This document shows positions 14,200 through 27,723 of a stretch of DNA of 64,000 nt, one piece after another. The notes beneath the pieces were generated by a model. It did no database searches, had not been told where the DNA came from, and saw only the letters and a program-made list of their open reading frames with translations. The stretch is from Octopus bimaculoides. Lineage: Eukaryota. The first letter of the stretch is position 1; every line of letters starts with the position of its first letter. A program made the position numbers and the translations under genes. The stretch spans positions 25,582,898-25,646,897 of the forward strand of contig NC_069001.1 in assembly GCF_001194135.2 (NCBI RefSeq). Reading direction: 5' to 3'.

Positions 14200-15338
14200 C
14201 AGTCCCTATGGCCATTTCAAGGATTCATTAGCATAGTCAATGCACGAGGGTGCATTACGGTAATGACTCCTTCGTCAGGGGAAAATAGTAACACCACATA
14301 CCAATACGAAGTTTTTTGGGGTTTTTTTTGAAGAAGCATTTCTTTATTTCCCCAAAAAGGATACACAGAAAGCTTTCCCGGACATCACAAAATATAAAGA
14401 CAGTACAAAACGCAACAAACATAAAATCGGTGAATTAAAACTTACAAAAAACGAATGATGACCGTAGAAGAAAAATTAAAATAAAATGATAATATGCAAG
14501 AATGAAAAATGAGGCACAATATCCGTACGACCCCCGAAGTCGGGTGGTTACATTTATCCAATTTTTCACTTTTAGTTAATCTGCATGCATTTTAACAGTT
14601 TTGCAACTCCAAAATTTGAAATATTCGCGTTACTTTTCTCCCATTAATTACTGTTACATCCGTCTTTATCAACTGTAAATAATCAGTTCTAGTGGGTGGT
14701 GTCTCCACCAACCAAACCCGTTTCGTTCTTGCATCCTCATCAAATTCTTTTATGTACTCCCAGTAGCTTTCCTCGCGTATCAAAATGCATTTCTCAGCAC
14801 AGGGTTCCAGCATCTTCACTCTTATAATTCACTTCTCGATCTTTCTGTCCATCTGCTCGTTCTTCAAAGGAAATATTAGCAAGTGTAAGCTGTGCATAAA
14901 AGAATCCCTTAACGTCCTTGCATGTTTTGGACCAAACACCTTGAATAAATTTACTGATTCATTTTTGCATCCATACATTTTCGTCTACCTTCTTAAAAGT
15001 GTATCGGAATAAAAAGTCAAAATAATTAAATCATTTAGTCGTTACAGGGAATTGAAACCGGCGAGGTTGAATTTACTTTAATACAGCCACCTGCATAATA
15101 ATTTTTTTTCCTCTTCTGATTTAAATAAAGAAAAGAAAGAGGAAAGGAAAGAGGGGGGAAAAAGAATCTTCTGAATATTTGGGCTCGTCTGTACATGATA
15201 TCTTATAAAAGAAAACACGCAATGCGACATCGTTTTATCCAAAAAAAAAAAAATCTCGTATTGGTATGTGGTGTTACTATTATCCCCTGACAAAGGAGTC
15301 ATTACCGTAATGCACCTTTGGAATGGCCATAGGGACTG
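14200..15338. mobile_element. About 1.14-kb DNA element with ~100-bp terminal inverted repeats (CAGTCCC...; Tc1/pogo-like ends) and a non-transposase-like internal reading frame
   Basis: CAGTCCCTATGGCCATT..GGTGCATTACGGTAATGACTCCTT.GTCAGGGGA.AATAGTAACACCACATACCAATACGA is present at both ends in inverted orientation. Right flank is TA, left flank is TG. Confidence 0.8.
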
Positions 15339-15877
15339 TAAGTATGTTTTTCTTTTCTCTCTTTTTTTTCTTGGACACCGGTTTTTCTTAAAATGTTCCC
15401 TTTTACTTTAAAAAGTAACTTTTAAACGAAAAAATTTCTTCATCGTTGAACTTTTATCTATATTCTATATCTTATGTATTTATATGTTTCTTATATACGT
15501 ATTTCTATATTTCTATATTCATTATTTTATTTTAGTCTTTATAATGTAAAAAAAAAAAAAAAATTTAAACGCTGAAGTATTAATTAATTAATAAAAAAAA
15601 AAATTATACGCGATAGACTGTACACACTTTTTTCTACATACCGGTCTAAATGAAGTATTGTTTCATCTTCTGTGATTGTGTACATCCGTATTCTATGTAT
15701 AGAAAAAGCATTATGTTTCTTTATCTGTGATTAAATGTTCGAGATGTGATATATTAGTTGGATGACCTTAAATTTGTTATTTGTTCTACAACAAAAAATT
15801 GTTATTCTCGTCTCATTTACTTGAGCAGTCCTCTTGCAGTCTTACTAACCCTCCTGTTCGTAGTAAGAAACAATCAG

Positions 15878-15914
<37 letters not shown>

Positions 15915-15925
<11 letters not shown>

Positions 15926-16705
15926 TGTACATTTAAATACAAGAGAACCTACCTTTAACAGGTAGTTTTATACGCTAGAAGAAGCAGTCAAAACGACCAA
16001 AACCACATTTAAGACCAATTTATTATTATTATTATGTTATTTTATTTATTTTTCATTCCCTTCTAAATTGCTCTTACATGTGAGTTTGGCTGTTTTGACT
16101 GCTTCTTCTAGCGTGTAAAATTACCTGTTGAAGGTAGTTTCTCTTGTGCTTAAATGTACACTATTCTATATTGGGAATATGTTGTCTATTGACATTTTTA
16201 TACATGCTAAGGCACTGGTAGTGGATTTCTAAAAAACAGAACGCTACCCTATATGTTTTACGTAAATGATTTTAGCATTTTGAAGATTAGTTCGGTAATT
16301 TTCATTCGCTACTGACAGAAACTGCGCTTGCGCGGTGAAATTGAAAAAATGTATCATATAATGATGAGACACGTGTTATTTGTCTCTAAATTATATATTA
16401 CTGTTATGGCGCGGTTACTGATGAGAATTTCACCTACCAAATTATTTTATTTGGTAAATAAAATTCGAAACCTAGGTATAACCGTAAAAAATAACAAGAT
16501 AAAAGTTTTTATTTTTCGTTTCGAAATTGCTCTTGAATGTGGTTTTGGTCGTTTTGACTGCTTCTTCTAGCGTGTAAAGTTACCTGTTGAAGGTAGTTTC
16601 TCTTGCGTTTAAATGTACACTATTTTATATTGAGAATGTTCTCTATTGAGGTTTTATATTTGCTACGCCACTGGTAGTGAATTTCTAAAAAAAACTCGCT
16701 ACCCA
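15915..16705 (+). mobile_element. Penelope-like or retrozyme-like element: inverted partial copy (15915-16020) plus tandem unit A-B-A' with 459-bp period
   Basis: TTTTGACTGCTTCTTCTAGCGTGTAAA occurs at 16093 and 16552, and its reverse complement at about 15960-15990. The unique B segment carries a hammerhead ribozyme. Confidence 0.7.
16412..16484 (+). ncRNA. Minimal type I hammerhead ribozyme with intact core and predicted GUA cleavage after 16478
   Basis: Stem I CGGTTA/TAACCG. Core CTGATGA at 16418-16424. Stem II GAATTT/AAATTC, extended by TACCAAAT/ATTTGGTA. GAAA at 16467-16470. Palindromic stem III ACCTAGGT, followed by H17=A. Confidence 0.85.
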
Positions 16706-16826
16706 ATATATTTAACGTATATATATATCTATACATACATACATACATACACACAAACATATATATACATATGTAAATATGTATATATGTCTATGTATAC
16801 ACACACACACACACACATACATACAT

Positions 16827-16877
<51 letters not shown>

Positions 16878-17019
16878 TATATATAAATATATATGTGTAT
16901 ATATTATATTTTGAAAGTCCTCTATTCCTGACATTTATGATGTTCCTTTCCATAGTTTTGTTTTCACTACAGTGAACATCCTTGTCTTAATGAGGCCCTC
17001 GACACAAACGCGATATTTA

Positions 17020-17245
17020 TTTCATTGCCCACAGGGGGCTAAACATAAAGGGGACAAACAAGGACAGACAAAGGGATTAAATCGATTACATAGACCCTAG
17101 TGCGTAACTGGTTCTTATTTAATCGAACCCGAAATTATATAAGGCAAATTCAACCTCGGCGGAGTTTAAACTCAGAACGTAACGGCAGACGAAATACCGC
17201 TAAACATTTCGCCTGGCGTGCTAACGTTTCTGCCAGCTCGCCGGA
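17020..17245 (-). mobile_element. tRNA-derived SINE, family A (most abundant family in the window)
   Basis: Reverse complement of the GGCGAGCTGGCAGAA..TTAGCACGCC..GTTCTGAGTT.AAA.TCCGCCGAGGT..GGGGTC.ATGTAATCGA..GTTTGTCCCC consensus, seen about 20 times in the window. Confidence 0.85.
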
Positions 17246-18934
17246 ATTTTCTCTCATCTCTCATAATATTACATGTAATAAACCTCTTTTCCGTTCTGGA
17301 TGACGGAAAGACTAAGCGAGTTCAGACACGAGAATACTGGAAGCCACATGTGTTTCCTTACATCGATCGCATGGAACCATTCATGTTCTACATTTTAATA
17401 CTTATTAATTCATTCATGATTTTTCAGCTGTGCACAGAGAGAGAGAAAGACACACACACATAGATAACGTCCGCACACACACATATATATCTGGATACGA
17501 ATAAATACAACCTCAATACGCCCCAGTACGCCACTCTCTCATGTTTCCCACTACGTTTCTCTTATCCTTCCCTTCTACGATTCCATTTCATTATATTTGT
17601 TTCTCCTTTGCATTATGTGACGTTGATTTTTATGTCTATATTTGATTTATGTATTTTCATATCATCTGAAATTTGTTTAACTTCCTTCGTTTTTATTCGC
17701 CATTATTACTTCTTTTTTTGCATTTCCTCTTGTCTGATATTATTTTATATTACTTGAAAATTTTCCATAGTTTTGTGTTTTTTATTTAGGCTATTTTTTA
17801 AAATTCTATTCATGTTCTTACTTGCTACATCATATTCCATATCACATCACCTGTATTTCCTTCATTTTTTTTAGCAAAATAAAATCACAAGCTGACAGCT
17901 ATATGTTAGCACTACGTCATAAAAAAAGAATAAATAAATACAAATCATCCAATCTTAGACACTTTCTTATACAACACTTAAGAAATATGTTTCATTGTCA
18001 AATCTAATGATGTTAAAATGCTTTGAATAAATTGACATGAGGAACATGCATCTATTCAAATATAATATATGTAGTGTTACACAGGCAGACACCCAGACAT
18101 AAGTAAAAAAAGAACGCAGACAAGCATAAATACATATTCAAACAAACATACATATATATCGCTTTATAAAAATGTATGCATATGCACACGACTGCGCGCG
18201 CATTATATAATATATATATATAAATATATATATATATAACGTGTAGTATATTGCCACTTAAGTGTGGCTGACCCCTAGGGGTGGATGTTACTGTTGCTTT
18301 TAGCCCCAGGAGGACATCTCCTCCAGCTGGCTTATCGACACACGACTGTGTCCTGTTTGCCAAGGGAGTTATAACTCCCTTGGCAAACAGGACACAGTCG
18401 TGTGTCGATAAGCCAGCTGGAGNNNNNNNNNNNNNNNNNNNNNNNNNNNNNNNNNNNNNNNNNNNNNNNNNNNNNNNNNNNNNNNNNNNNNNNNNNNNNN
18501 NNNNNNNNNNNNNNNNNNNNNNNNNNNNNNNNNNNNNNNNNNNNNNNNNNNNNNNNNNNNNNNNNNNNNNNNNNNNNNNNNNNNNNNNNNNNNNNNNNNN
18601 NNNNNNNNNNNNNNNNNNNNNNNNNNNNNNNNNNNNNNNNNNNNNNNNNNNNNNNNNNNNNNNNNNNNNNNNNNNNNNNNAATATATATATATATGTCTG
18701 TGTGTGTATGTGTATACATGCGTACATTACAAATCGAAAAATAAAAATATAACGACAAAAGTCAAAAGGACCCAAACATACATTGTATTAGATTCAATTT
18801 CAAATTAAGATGAGTGTGTGTGTATGAGAGAGAGAGAGAGCGTGTATAACGTTTCTGTAATGGCTCTTCGTCAGGAAGCAAAGACAGATCATGTCTAGAG
18901 AGAAGGAAAAAACTCCAAGAGAGTACATAGAATC

Positions 18935-19341
18935 TTTCGAATTGTCGACCCCAGTACGTATCTTAACGCTCGTACTTGTTCTATCAGTGTTTTGCCGAAG
19001 CGCTAAGTTACGGGGACGTATGTACAACAGCACCAGTTGTCAAGCGATGGCGGTGGTGGACACAACACAGATACGCAAACATACACACAGACATGTATGT
19101 ATATATATATATATATACATATATATTCATATTTATATATATATATATATATATACATATATATTCATATTTATATATATGCATATATATATATTCACAA
19201 ACATATGTATGTATGTTGATGCAAACAGGAAAAACAGAGTATATGTGTAGTCATATAGGTATTTCTTTTTGTCACTGGAGGTCACCCAAATTCCTCTATT
19301 TACATACTATCGAGGTCTCGTTCATTCTTTTGTTGTCTCAA

Positions 19342-19388
<47 letters not shown>

Positions 19389-19550
19389 GTGTGTGTGTGT
19401 TGATAAATAGATACTACGGACTTCTTTCAGTTTCTCTCTACCAAAATCCACTCAAAAGGCATTGGTTGGCCCCTGGCTAAAGTAGAAGACGCTTGCCTAA
19501 TGTGCTATGCAGTGGAACTGAAACCAGAACCATGTGATTGAGAAGCATGT
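18935..19550 (-). mobile_element. SINE family B (tRNA head, CORE-like CCTTGGGCAAGTGTCTTCTAC segment, internal microsatellite), centre expanded
   Basis: The 5' half (19420-19550) and 3' half (18950-19075) match the copy at 22962-23352 in reverse orientation. Confidence 0.7.
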
Positions 19551-21404
19551 TTCTCTGCTTATATATAAATATGTGAATGTGTCTGCATGTATACACACAC
19601 ATATATACATGCATGCAGTAACACATATGTGTACACACACATAAGCACACACACATTTATACATGCTTATATAGACACACACATGCGTATACATATTTAC
19701 ACACAATATCCGCCAGTTTAATTTTGAAATTAATTTTTTGCTAAATCTACATGCTACGTTATAAGAAATCGCATAACTATTTTCATTATCATATATTAAA
19801 ATTTCTGTCTTATATCTCGTTTTCAAATTCCCACTGTTTTTCTTTCACAATTGAAACATTTCCTCCTAATTTGTACTGCATTCTATCGTTTGAACAATAT
19901 TACTAAAAGCGAATGATCTGAGGTTCGCCTGGCTGGAGCTTGGCTGCTCTGCATTGACAAGGGGCAACACCCTGAAACTAGTCTGCAGATGCCAAACCAG
20001 CAAGGGGAAACTGCTGACCTCCCCTGTTCGAAGGTTATAAAGGACACAGGTTTCGTGTGTCACATAGCTAGCTAGAGGCGATGGCTTCTTGGAGCTAATT
20101 CACGGCAGCTTTCGTCCTAATTTTGGGACTGCCATGTTGGCTTGGTGATAACTATATATATATATATATATATNNNNNNNNNNNNNNNNNNNNNNNNNNN
20201 NNNNNNNNNNNNNNNNNNNNNNNNNNNNNNNNNNNNNNNNNNNNNNNNNNNNNNNNNNNNNNNNNNNNNNNNNNNNNNNNNNNNNNNNNNNNNNNNNNNN
20301 NNNNNNNNNNNNNNNNNNNNNNNNNNNNNNNNNNNNNNNNNNNNNNNNNNNNNNNNNNNNNNNNNNNNNNNNNNNNNNNNNNNNNNNNNNNNNNNNNNNN
20401 NNNNNNNNNNNNNNNNNNNNNNNNNNNNNNNNNNNNNNNNNNNNNNNNNNNNNNNNNNNNNNNNNNNNNNNNNNNNNNNNNNNNNNNNNNNNNNNNNNNN
20501 NNNNNNNNNNNNNNNNNNNNNNNNNNNNNNNNNNNNNNNNNNNNNNNNNNNNNNNNNNNNNNNNNNNNNNNNNNNNNNNNNNNNNNNNNNNNNNNNNNNN
20601 NNNNNNNNNNNNNNNNNNNNNNNNNNNNNNNNNNNNNNNNNNNNNNNNNNNNNNNNNNNNNNNNNNNNNNNNNNNNNNNNNNNNNNNNNNNNNNNNNNNN
20701 NNNNNNNNNNTATATATATATATATATATATATTTGTAAATAAATATTATAATTTTTCTTGTGTATATCCCAAACAAAGTTTTGTCGAATATTCTGCATA
20801 GTAGTCTAAACGTGCTGCAACTGAATATCAATATGTGATGTGACTTTTAGTACAAACTAGCACCAGAAAGCACTTTACGTTTCAACACTTCATTTTCGTT
20901 ATAAATATCGCTCATTAACTTATAATCGATTCATTCAGCTATATATAAATCTGGAAATATTTCTTTCTATGAATATTTACGTGAAATCAATATGGCTTAT
21001 AAAGAACATATTTATACATCATTCATGAATAAAATTACGGTATTTTACCTAATAGCACTTCGAAAGTATCTGAGCCTAAAAAAGATATTTTTGTTAGGAA
21101 TATAAACAAAATGTGTTACACTCAAATACTTCAAAATCGTTTATAGCGAAAGACTATGGGTCAATAATCGGTTAGAAACATCAGCCAAATATCAATCAAA
21201 TAACAATTTCTTTTTTTCCTTTTTTTTTTGTAAAGGAAAATGAACATTTTGGACATGATGCCCTATGGGCACTACTTTCAATATAGACAGGAGTGTAACT
21301 GCTTAACCATTATCGAACCTTTGACTGCTCAGCCAGGACGAAAAAGCCTGAAGAGAAAGTGCAGCACAGTATCATAAAAGTAAAAGCACAAGTTTTGGGG
21401 CCCA

Positions 21405-21590
21405 CATTTTTGGGGCAAGGGAGAGGCTGATTACAATGACCCTAGTATACGTTGGGTACTTCCGTCCCGAAATGATGACAGGCTAAGTAGACATCGACAG
21501 AATTTTTACCCAAAACAGAAAGACAACTGAAATGTCATCAAGCATTTTTGCCCGGCGTGCAAACGATTCTGCTAGCTCACCGCCTTGGAT
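21405..21590 (-). mobile_element. SINE family A, diverged
   Basis: GATTACAATGACCCTAGTA..AAGCATTTTTGCCCGGCGTGCAAACGATTCTGCTAGCTCACCGCC. Confidence 0.75.
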
Positions 21591-21684
21591 CGCATAAATA
21601 TTCATACATTCTTTTTCTCGTAAAATTCTGCTTTCATGTTACGCATATCCAACTTATGAATATCAATACAAAACAAGCAGCTGT

Positions 21685-22030
21685 GCAAGCGTGTCCGTGT
21701 GGTCAGCAGCTATCTTACGATTCACATTGTTCTGGCTTCAATTAATCTGGGTGTCCCCTTGATCTAGTGACTTCTATATTCTGAGACCGATCAAAGCTTT
21801 GTGAGTTGGTTTGTGGATTTGCTTGACGGAAACTGAAGAGATTTCATATGTATATGTATGTATGTATATAATATATGGAGGTGAGTGTTTGTGTTTGTGG
21901 GTGTGTGTCTTTGCTTTTGTCGACTACCCTTGCTAGCCAACCGGTGTTAATTTGATTACGCCGTGGTAACTTAGCCGATCTGCAAAAATACAATAGAATA
22001 AGGTCAGACTTATGCAATAAGCTCTGGGTT
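21685..22030 (+). mobile_element. SINE family B, diverged
   Basis: GTGTCCGTGTGGTCAG..GACCGATCAAAGCTTTGTGAG..GACGGAAACTGAAGAG, then a microsatellite, then CAACCGGTGTT..GTAACTTAGC. Confidence 0.7.
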
Positions 22031-22515
22031 TCGATCTCAAGTTCTCTCTCTAGCATAACTTAAGTCTAATGGTGAAAACACATAGATGACGCGATAAAAC
22101 AATTTAATATATATTAAGCTTTTTTATACGTGAAAACATTTTAAGATGAATGCAACCAATATAAACGAAATGAAATTAATCACGCAGAAATATAATGCTA
22201 TTGGTTTTAAGATCCGAAAAATTCTCGGGATACTGAAAACCCGAAATTGCCAAAGAGCTTTTAATCTGTATCGATTTATTTTCGGGCAATAAATGTAATA
22301 CAGAATGTGTACTGCGGTGAAGAAGTTTCCAATATGAAACATGGAACAAAAAACTGTATGATTAACAGATATCATGTTATTCAGTTTAATCCCCATACGT
22401 GTGTTAAAAAGGAAATAATTTCACATGTAAAATTATTCCATAATCATTTTGCAATATATTCCATATTAAATACACGGAGATACGTATTCATCAATATTCT
22501 GCCACAGTGCATATG

Positions 22516-22572
<57 letters not shown>

Positions 22573-22961
22573 CGTATTTATGTTGTGTGTCTGTGTTTGT
22601 TTAGTGTGTGTGTGTGTAATGAAATATAAATGATATATACTGATATAATCTGTTTTCAAGTTTTTGCATTTGGAAAGATTTCCTTTACAACTTTCTTGCC
22701 GTGCTGGAGCATTAACTTAAGTATGCATAGACGAGTAAGTCGAATATTGCTATGTGTGCCACAATCCATTGAATATATGGAACTTATGTATGGATAATGT
22801 AATAAAGTCAATGAGATAGGCTAGCATGAGGCGGAGTAATTCAAGAAAATCTATTACGAATAATTTAAACCTGATAAATTGTCTCCAGCGATTGCCTTTA
22901 CTATGAGAATATTTTTACGTGATCTTTATCTAGTTAACGAGAATTTATCCATAATTTGCCG

Positions 22962-23115
22962 TTTGGGTGTGTGGTAAGTAGTTTGCTTACGAACCACATG
23001 GTTCCGGGTTCAATCCCCCAGCGTGAAACCTTGGGCGAGTGTCTTCTACTATAGTCTCGGGCCGACCAAAGCGTTGTGAGCGGATTTGGTAGACAGAAAC
23101 TGAAAGAAGCCTGTC

Positions 23116-23154
<39 letters not shown>

Positions 23155-23352
23155 GTGTGTGTGTGTATGTTTGTGTGTCTGTGTTTGTCCCCCCCCCCAA
23201 CCTCGATTGACAACCGATGCTGGTGTGTTTATATCCCCGTAAGCTCGCGGTACGGCAAAATAGAATAAGTTTACAAAGAATGTCCTGGGGTCGATCTGCT
23301 CGACTAAAGGTAGTGCTCCAGCGTGTCCACAGTCACAGGTCTGAAACAATTA
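22962..23352 (+). mobile_element. SINE family B, near full length
   Basis: tRNA-like head GTGTGGTAAG..GGTTCCGGGTTCAATCCC, CORE-like CCTTGGGCGAGTGTCTTCTACTATAG, internal (TA)n(GT)n, and tail CTGAAACAATTAAAA. Confidence 0.85.
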
Positions 23353-25702
23353 AAATAGTAAGCCAGATGGTACTATAAAATATGTATATCTGAATTCACA
23401 TATTTGCAGAGTTTAAGAATGTTCGATGATATTTTGCGTTCTTTAAGATGTAGAACTAAAAACAATGAAGTATTATTGTATACTACCTGATCCTTATAAT
23501 AGAAAGTAAGCATTTTTTTAAAATCTTAACAATTCAGTCGAAAGTTCAAGAGACAGAAGTTTCCGTAACATTCCTTTCATATGAGAACGTTAATCCGAAA
23601 ATCATATTAAAGTACACAGTACTTATATTTTGCAGACGACAATTACATTTTACCCATATTTATCTGATAAATGTTCTACTCTAATTATGTCCCCAAATTA
23701 AAATGTAGAAAGTGAAATAAAAATTAAATGATTATTCCAGGGCCAACATTATTGATGTTCAAAATGTTGTTTATCTTATGCTAAATATGTTATCCACTTC
23801 ATCGACTGTTTCAGCCACGTTCAAAGAATCGCATCAATATGTTTCAACGATAAATCAATTAAACTTAGATTTTATCAACAAAGCTACATTTTCAATTATA
23901 TTTAAAGAAAATTTCACGCATCATCAAAAACCACAAGTTTGGGATATTTAATTAAACATGTTCTTTTAATAAGACCTCTTGGTGTCTCTATTACCATGAC
24001 GAGGTAAATCTTGCGTTACCATATGTGATTATTTCCGCAAGAGAAATCTTATCCCTTAACATGATTAATATATACACAGCGAGTGTACATTAGTATACAG
24101 AATGAAATTTACAATCTGTATATGTCAAATTAGAAATCCTATGAATTTAGCCGTCAAATTGCCATTCGTTCTTTTTAACTGACTCCTTGCCTAAAGTCTA
24201 CAGATTATTTACATCTCACGTTTATGTTTCTTACCGATCTATGTACATTTTAGAATAACTAAAATATAACTTGTTAGCCGCAAGTATGATGAATAATCTC
24301 ACAAGATGATTATATTTCTTTGATACCTAATCATTTTGACAATAAATTTACACCTTTGTTTTCAGATTCGTCTATTACATGAGTTGTAAATAAGTAGCAG
24401 GATTCTTGACTAACATACGCATGCGCATTGCTACAAAATCATTGACCTATGCATAGAGAAAAATTAGAATCGAAAGCGTGTCAAAATTGTATGAATAAAT
24501 AAGATTAAATTTCATGTTTGTGATGTTTAACTAAAAATTATATGGATACAGTATACGATGTACTTTACAAAACTAAGTATTGGTGAACATTGGTGTAATT
24601 ATCAAAGAGATGCTGTTTACATCTCACAGGGGTCTATATACGTGAGTAACATTACAGCTCTATAGACGCAGATATGCGTAAGTAGATAAAGAGGTTTCGT
24701 ATGTTCCTGTTTATGCATTTTGCGCAGAAGTATTGCGAGTACTCCCCAAAAAGGCCTTAAATCGACCAATGAATTCTGAGAATATTTATTAGACAGGCAC
24801 TGTGAAGGTCATCTTCATTTCTGTATGTATGCGTTGGTCTGTGTGGAGAGGGCAGGCATTCGTTCGCGCTTGTATGTATGCAAGAAAGCATTTTTTTCTT
24901 TATATCACGCCGCTTGACAAACAATGCTGTATATTGTGCGTCCTCATGACCTATAGATTTTGTAAAGTAGATCGAGAGAAAATGCATCCGCCTTACGGTA
25001 CATGCTGGTGTGTATTGGATCGACTAAGTCGTTTCGGGACTTGCAGCATTGTTGCAATTCTCTGACTAACCTAAGTTAAATCGTAAACAATAAAATATCT
25101 TCCATTTGATCAATTCACTTATTTTGTAAACTTAGAAATACAAACTTATTACACATATACAAACACAGACACGCTCACACAAACACGAAATCATGTACAC
25201 ATCAACACATACAACCTTAGTATCAATTGATACGTAGAGCATATACACAAACAGGAATCAATATTTACAAGACAACACTTACCGAAAGTATTCGAATCCT
25301 GGAAGTATTACTCGCACACTCTAAGCATCCTTCAGTCATTTTAAAATCAAATTGACTGTAATATGACATTTGATTTATTTCTAAATTGCATTGCTGCCGC
25401 ACTTCATATGTGTTATCGTCTCCACTTCAAATAGTCAAGAAGAAATCAACGCCGTCACAAAAGGTTTAGTCTCTCCAATCAAGAAAGAAAAGGAAAAAAA
25501 ACAAAAACCTATTGATGAATTTAATGTTATATTCATAGTTATTCATTATTGTACGTGTATGGATATTTATGTTTGCGTACCCTAAACATTTCAGACGGTT
25601 ATTAATGGGCTATATATTAATTTTATGCAATATTCAGACTGCGTTCAAGCTGGGGCACCTCCTTGAAACATGTCAAGCGGACGAAACAACCCCAGTACTT
25701 AC

Positions 25703-25788
25703 GCTCAATTTCAGTATAATCCAGTCCTGGCTTGAGAATCCGGGATGTGCTCCAGATATAAGGCCGGCTCCGGCAGTTTGTACTGTAG
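25703..25788 (-). CDS. Exon-like segment, copy 2 (LQYKLPEPALYLEHIPDSQARTGLY*)
   Basis: tag|CTA acceptor. Paralogous to 27724-27798 with second codon positions conserved. TGA after codon 25; gtaagt donor 8 nt later. Confidence 0.45.
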
Positions 25789-25936
25789 CTAATCCACAAA
25801 ATTCAGTCAATCTATTATGGAACACAAAAACACACACAATCATATATGAGAAAATTATACACATGTATATGCCCTCATACATAGACTTAATCAACGCCAC
25901 AGGTCTTCCTGACGACCTGATCGCTTCTAATTATTA

Positions 25937-27169
25937 TCAGGTTGTCAAAGTTCTTGCTGTATTTAACCTCTAAATTCAGATGCAAATATCTCGGCTCAAA
26001 TAAAACTTTATTAGTCGAAATATACACCATCAGAATCAACACACTTTTTCCAATGCGAAGCAAGTTCATATATGCCAGTAGCGTAAAAATCCTGCGTTCT
26101 GGTGGCGATGAAGTCCTTGAAGGCGTGTTTGGCACCGTCTCGGTTTTTGAAGCATTTCTCACGTAGGAAGTAATCGAGATGCTTGGAAAAGTGGTAGTCG
26201 GTAGGCGAGAGGTCTGGTGAATATGGGGGAGGAGGAAAAATTCCGTAGCCCAATTCTTTCAACTTCTGCAGAGCATTGTCGTGGAGAAGAATTGGTCCTA
26301 TGCTACCTGTTGTTGGAGTTTATGTATTTCATCCATTTGCTGACAGTACTTTTCCACTGTAATGGTTTCGCCTGGATCCACAATTTGTGATTAGACCGGC
26401 CGCACACAACCAAACGGTCACCATGGTGCACCTTTGGCTTCGGGAAGTGCTGTGGAGCTTCGTTGGCGTCCATCCACTGAGCTGAGCGTCACCGGTTGTC
26501 GTAAAGAATCCACTTCCCATCGCAAGTCACAATCCGGTCGAGAAACGGGTCGTTGTTGTTGCGTTAAAGAAGAGAAGACGACACCTCAAAAAGACGTGTT
26601 TTTTTGGGGTTTTTTGGCTGTCATTCAATTCGTGCGGCACCCATTTCTCAACTATTTTTGTTTTCCTATTCTCTTTCAGGTGGTTGGAAATAGTCGTATA
26701 CGTTACGTATCATTCAGAAGCAAGCTCTGGAACAGTTGTGCGTGGATTGGCATCCACGAAAGCTCTATGTTGATCGTTGTTAACATCCGATGTCCGACCA
26801 CTACCCTTATCTTCAAGACTCTTGTCACCGCAACGAAATTTCTTGAACCACCATTGTGTTGTAGGTTCATTTGTGGTTCCTGGGCCAAACTAATCGTTGA
26901 TATCGCGAGTTGTTTCAGCAGCTTTTAGGCGTAGCTTGAACTGGAATAAGAAAATTTTGTGAATTTGCTTTTTGTCCATGTTGTATTCAACGTTCCGGAA
27001 AAATGGCCTGATTATTCAACAAACAAAAAAGAGTAACACGATTAGATAGAGCGAAAAACGGGATTTAAAATGATATATAAAGTCAAAGTAATTTATTGAA
27101 AATTAATTTGAAAATATATCATTTAAAACCAAAATTTATAATTCCGCAAGAACTTTCTTGACAACTTAA
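25937..27169 (-). mobile_element. Near full-length degraded mariner (DD34D) transposon
   Basis: TIRs T(C/T)A(G/A)GTTGTC..AAAGTTCTTGC, with TA at the left end. Transposase motifs CDGKWILYDNR, MVTVW and PPYSPDLSPTDYHF..WKKCVDSDG.YFD. Contains frameshifts and stops. Confidence 0.92.
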
Positions 27170-27723
27170 TCGAGTCCTTAATGATATACATCGACCGATT
27201 TATAACCAATCCTTTAATTTGCTATAAAAGTAGAATGGCTTCCGTGGAAAACCTGAAGTTTGAAACGAATTTCAAAACATCCTGTTTAAATAAATCGCGA
27301 ATCTCACGCAAACATCTTGGATTTCTGTAAATAAAAAAGATGAAACTGACAACTTCATCGTAGACTTTAAAAACTTATCATCTGCCTCTGAACTATAGAT
27401 TAATTGCGCTCCCATTTTTAACCTCAATTACCGTCATATCTATGATCCGTAAATGAATTTCCCTCTTGCTATTTGGTTGCATTTTATGATAAAGAGGAAA
27501 CACTTTCTGTAATGGCAAATCAACACTAAAGGGAATCCGTTCCCTCAGTAGAAATTAGGGAAGGCCTTAGTATCTTCAGGGAAATGCATCAGCTGTGGGT
27601 GTCGGATTCTTGAAACATTTGATACTTTTGGCAGGTGATCCATGTTAGCAGTTGCATAGCTTTGTGTGACGAGCTGGACCGACCAGGGTGACGTTTTATG
27701 AAAGCGGTACGTTTGGGTTTGCT

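Noticed and set aside
18321-18422. Perfect 51-bp-arm palindrome with no loop
   Set aside because: It is identical, loop-less and runs straight into an N-gap, typical of a library fold-back or assembly artefact. Long reads would be needed to rescue it.
19900-20145. GC-richer structured repeat suspected of being an HDV-like ribozyme
   Set aside because: GGCAG/CTGCC could be P1, but P2, P3, P1.1 and J4/2 could not be assigned. Treated as an unclassified repeat end.
22962-23050. tRNA-like sequences (also at 33409-33462, 41040 and 61700-61780)
   Set aside because: They are SINE heads with decayed stems and no complete cloverleaf, so they were not called as tRNA genes.
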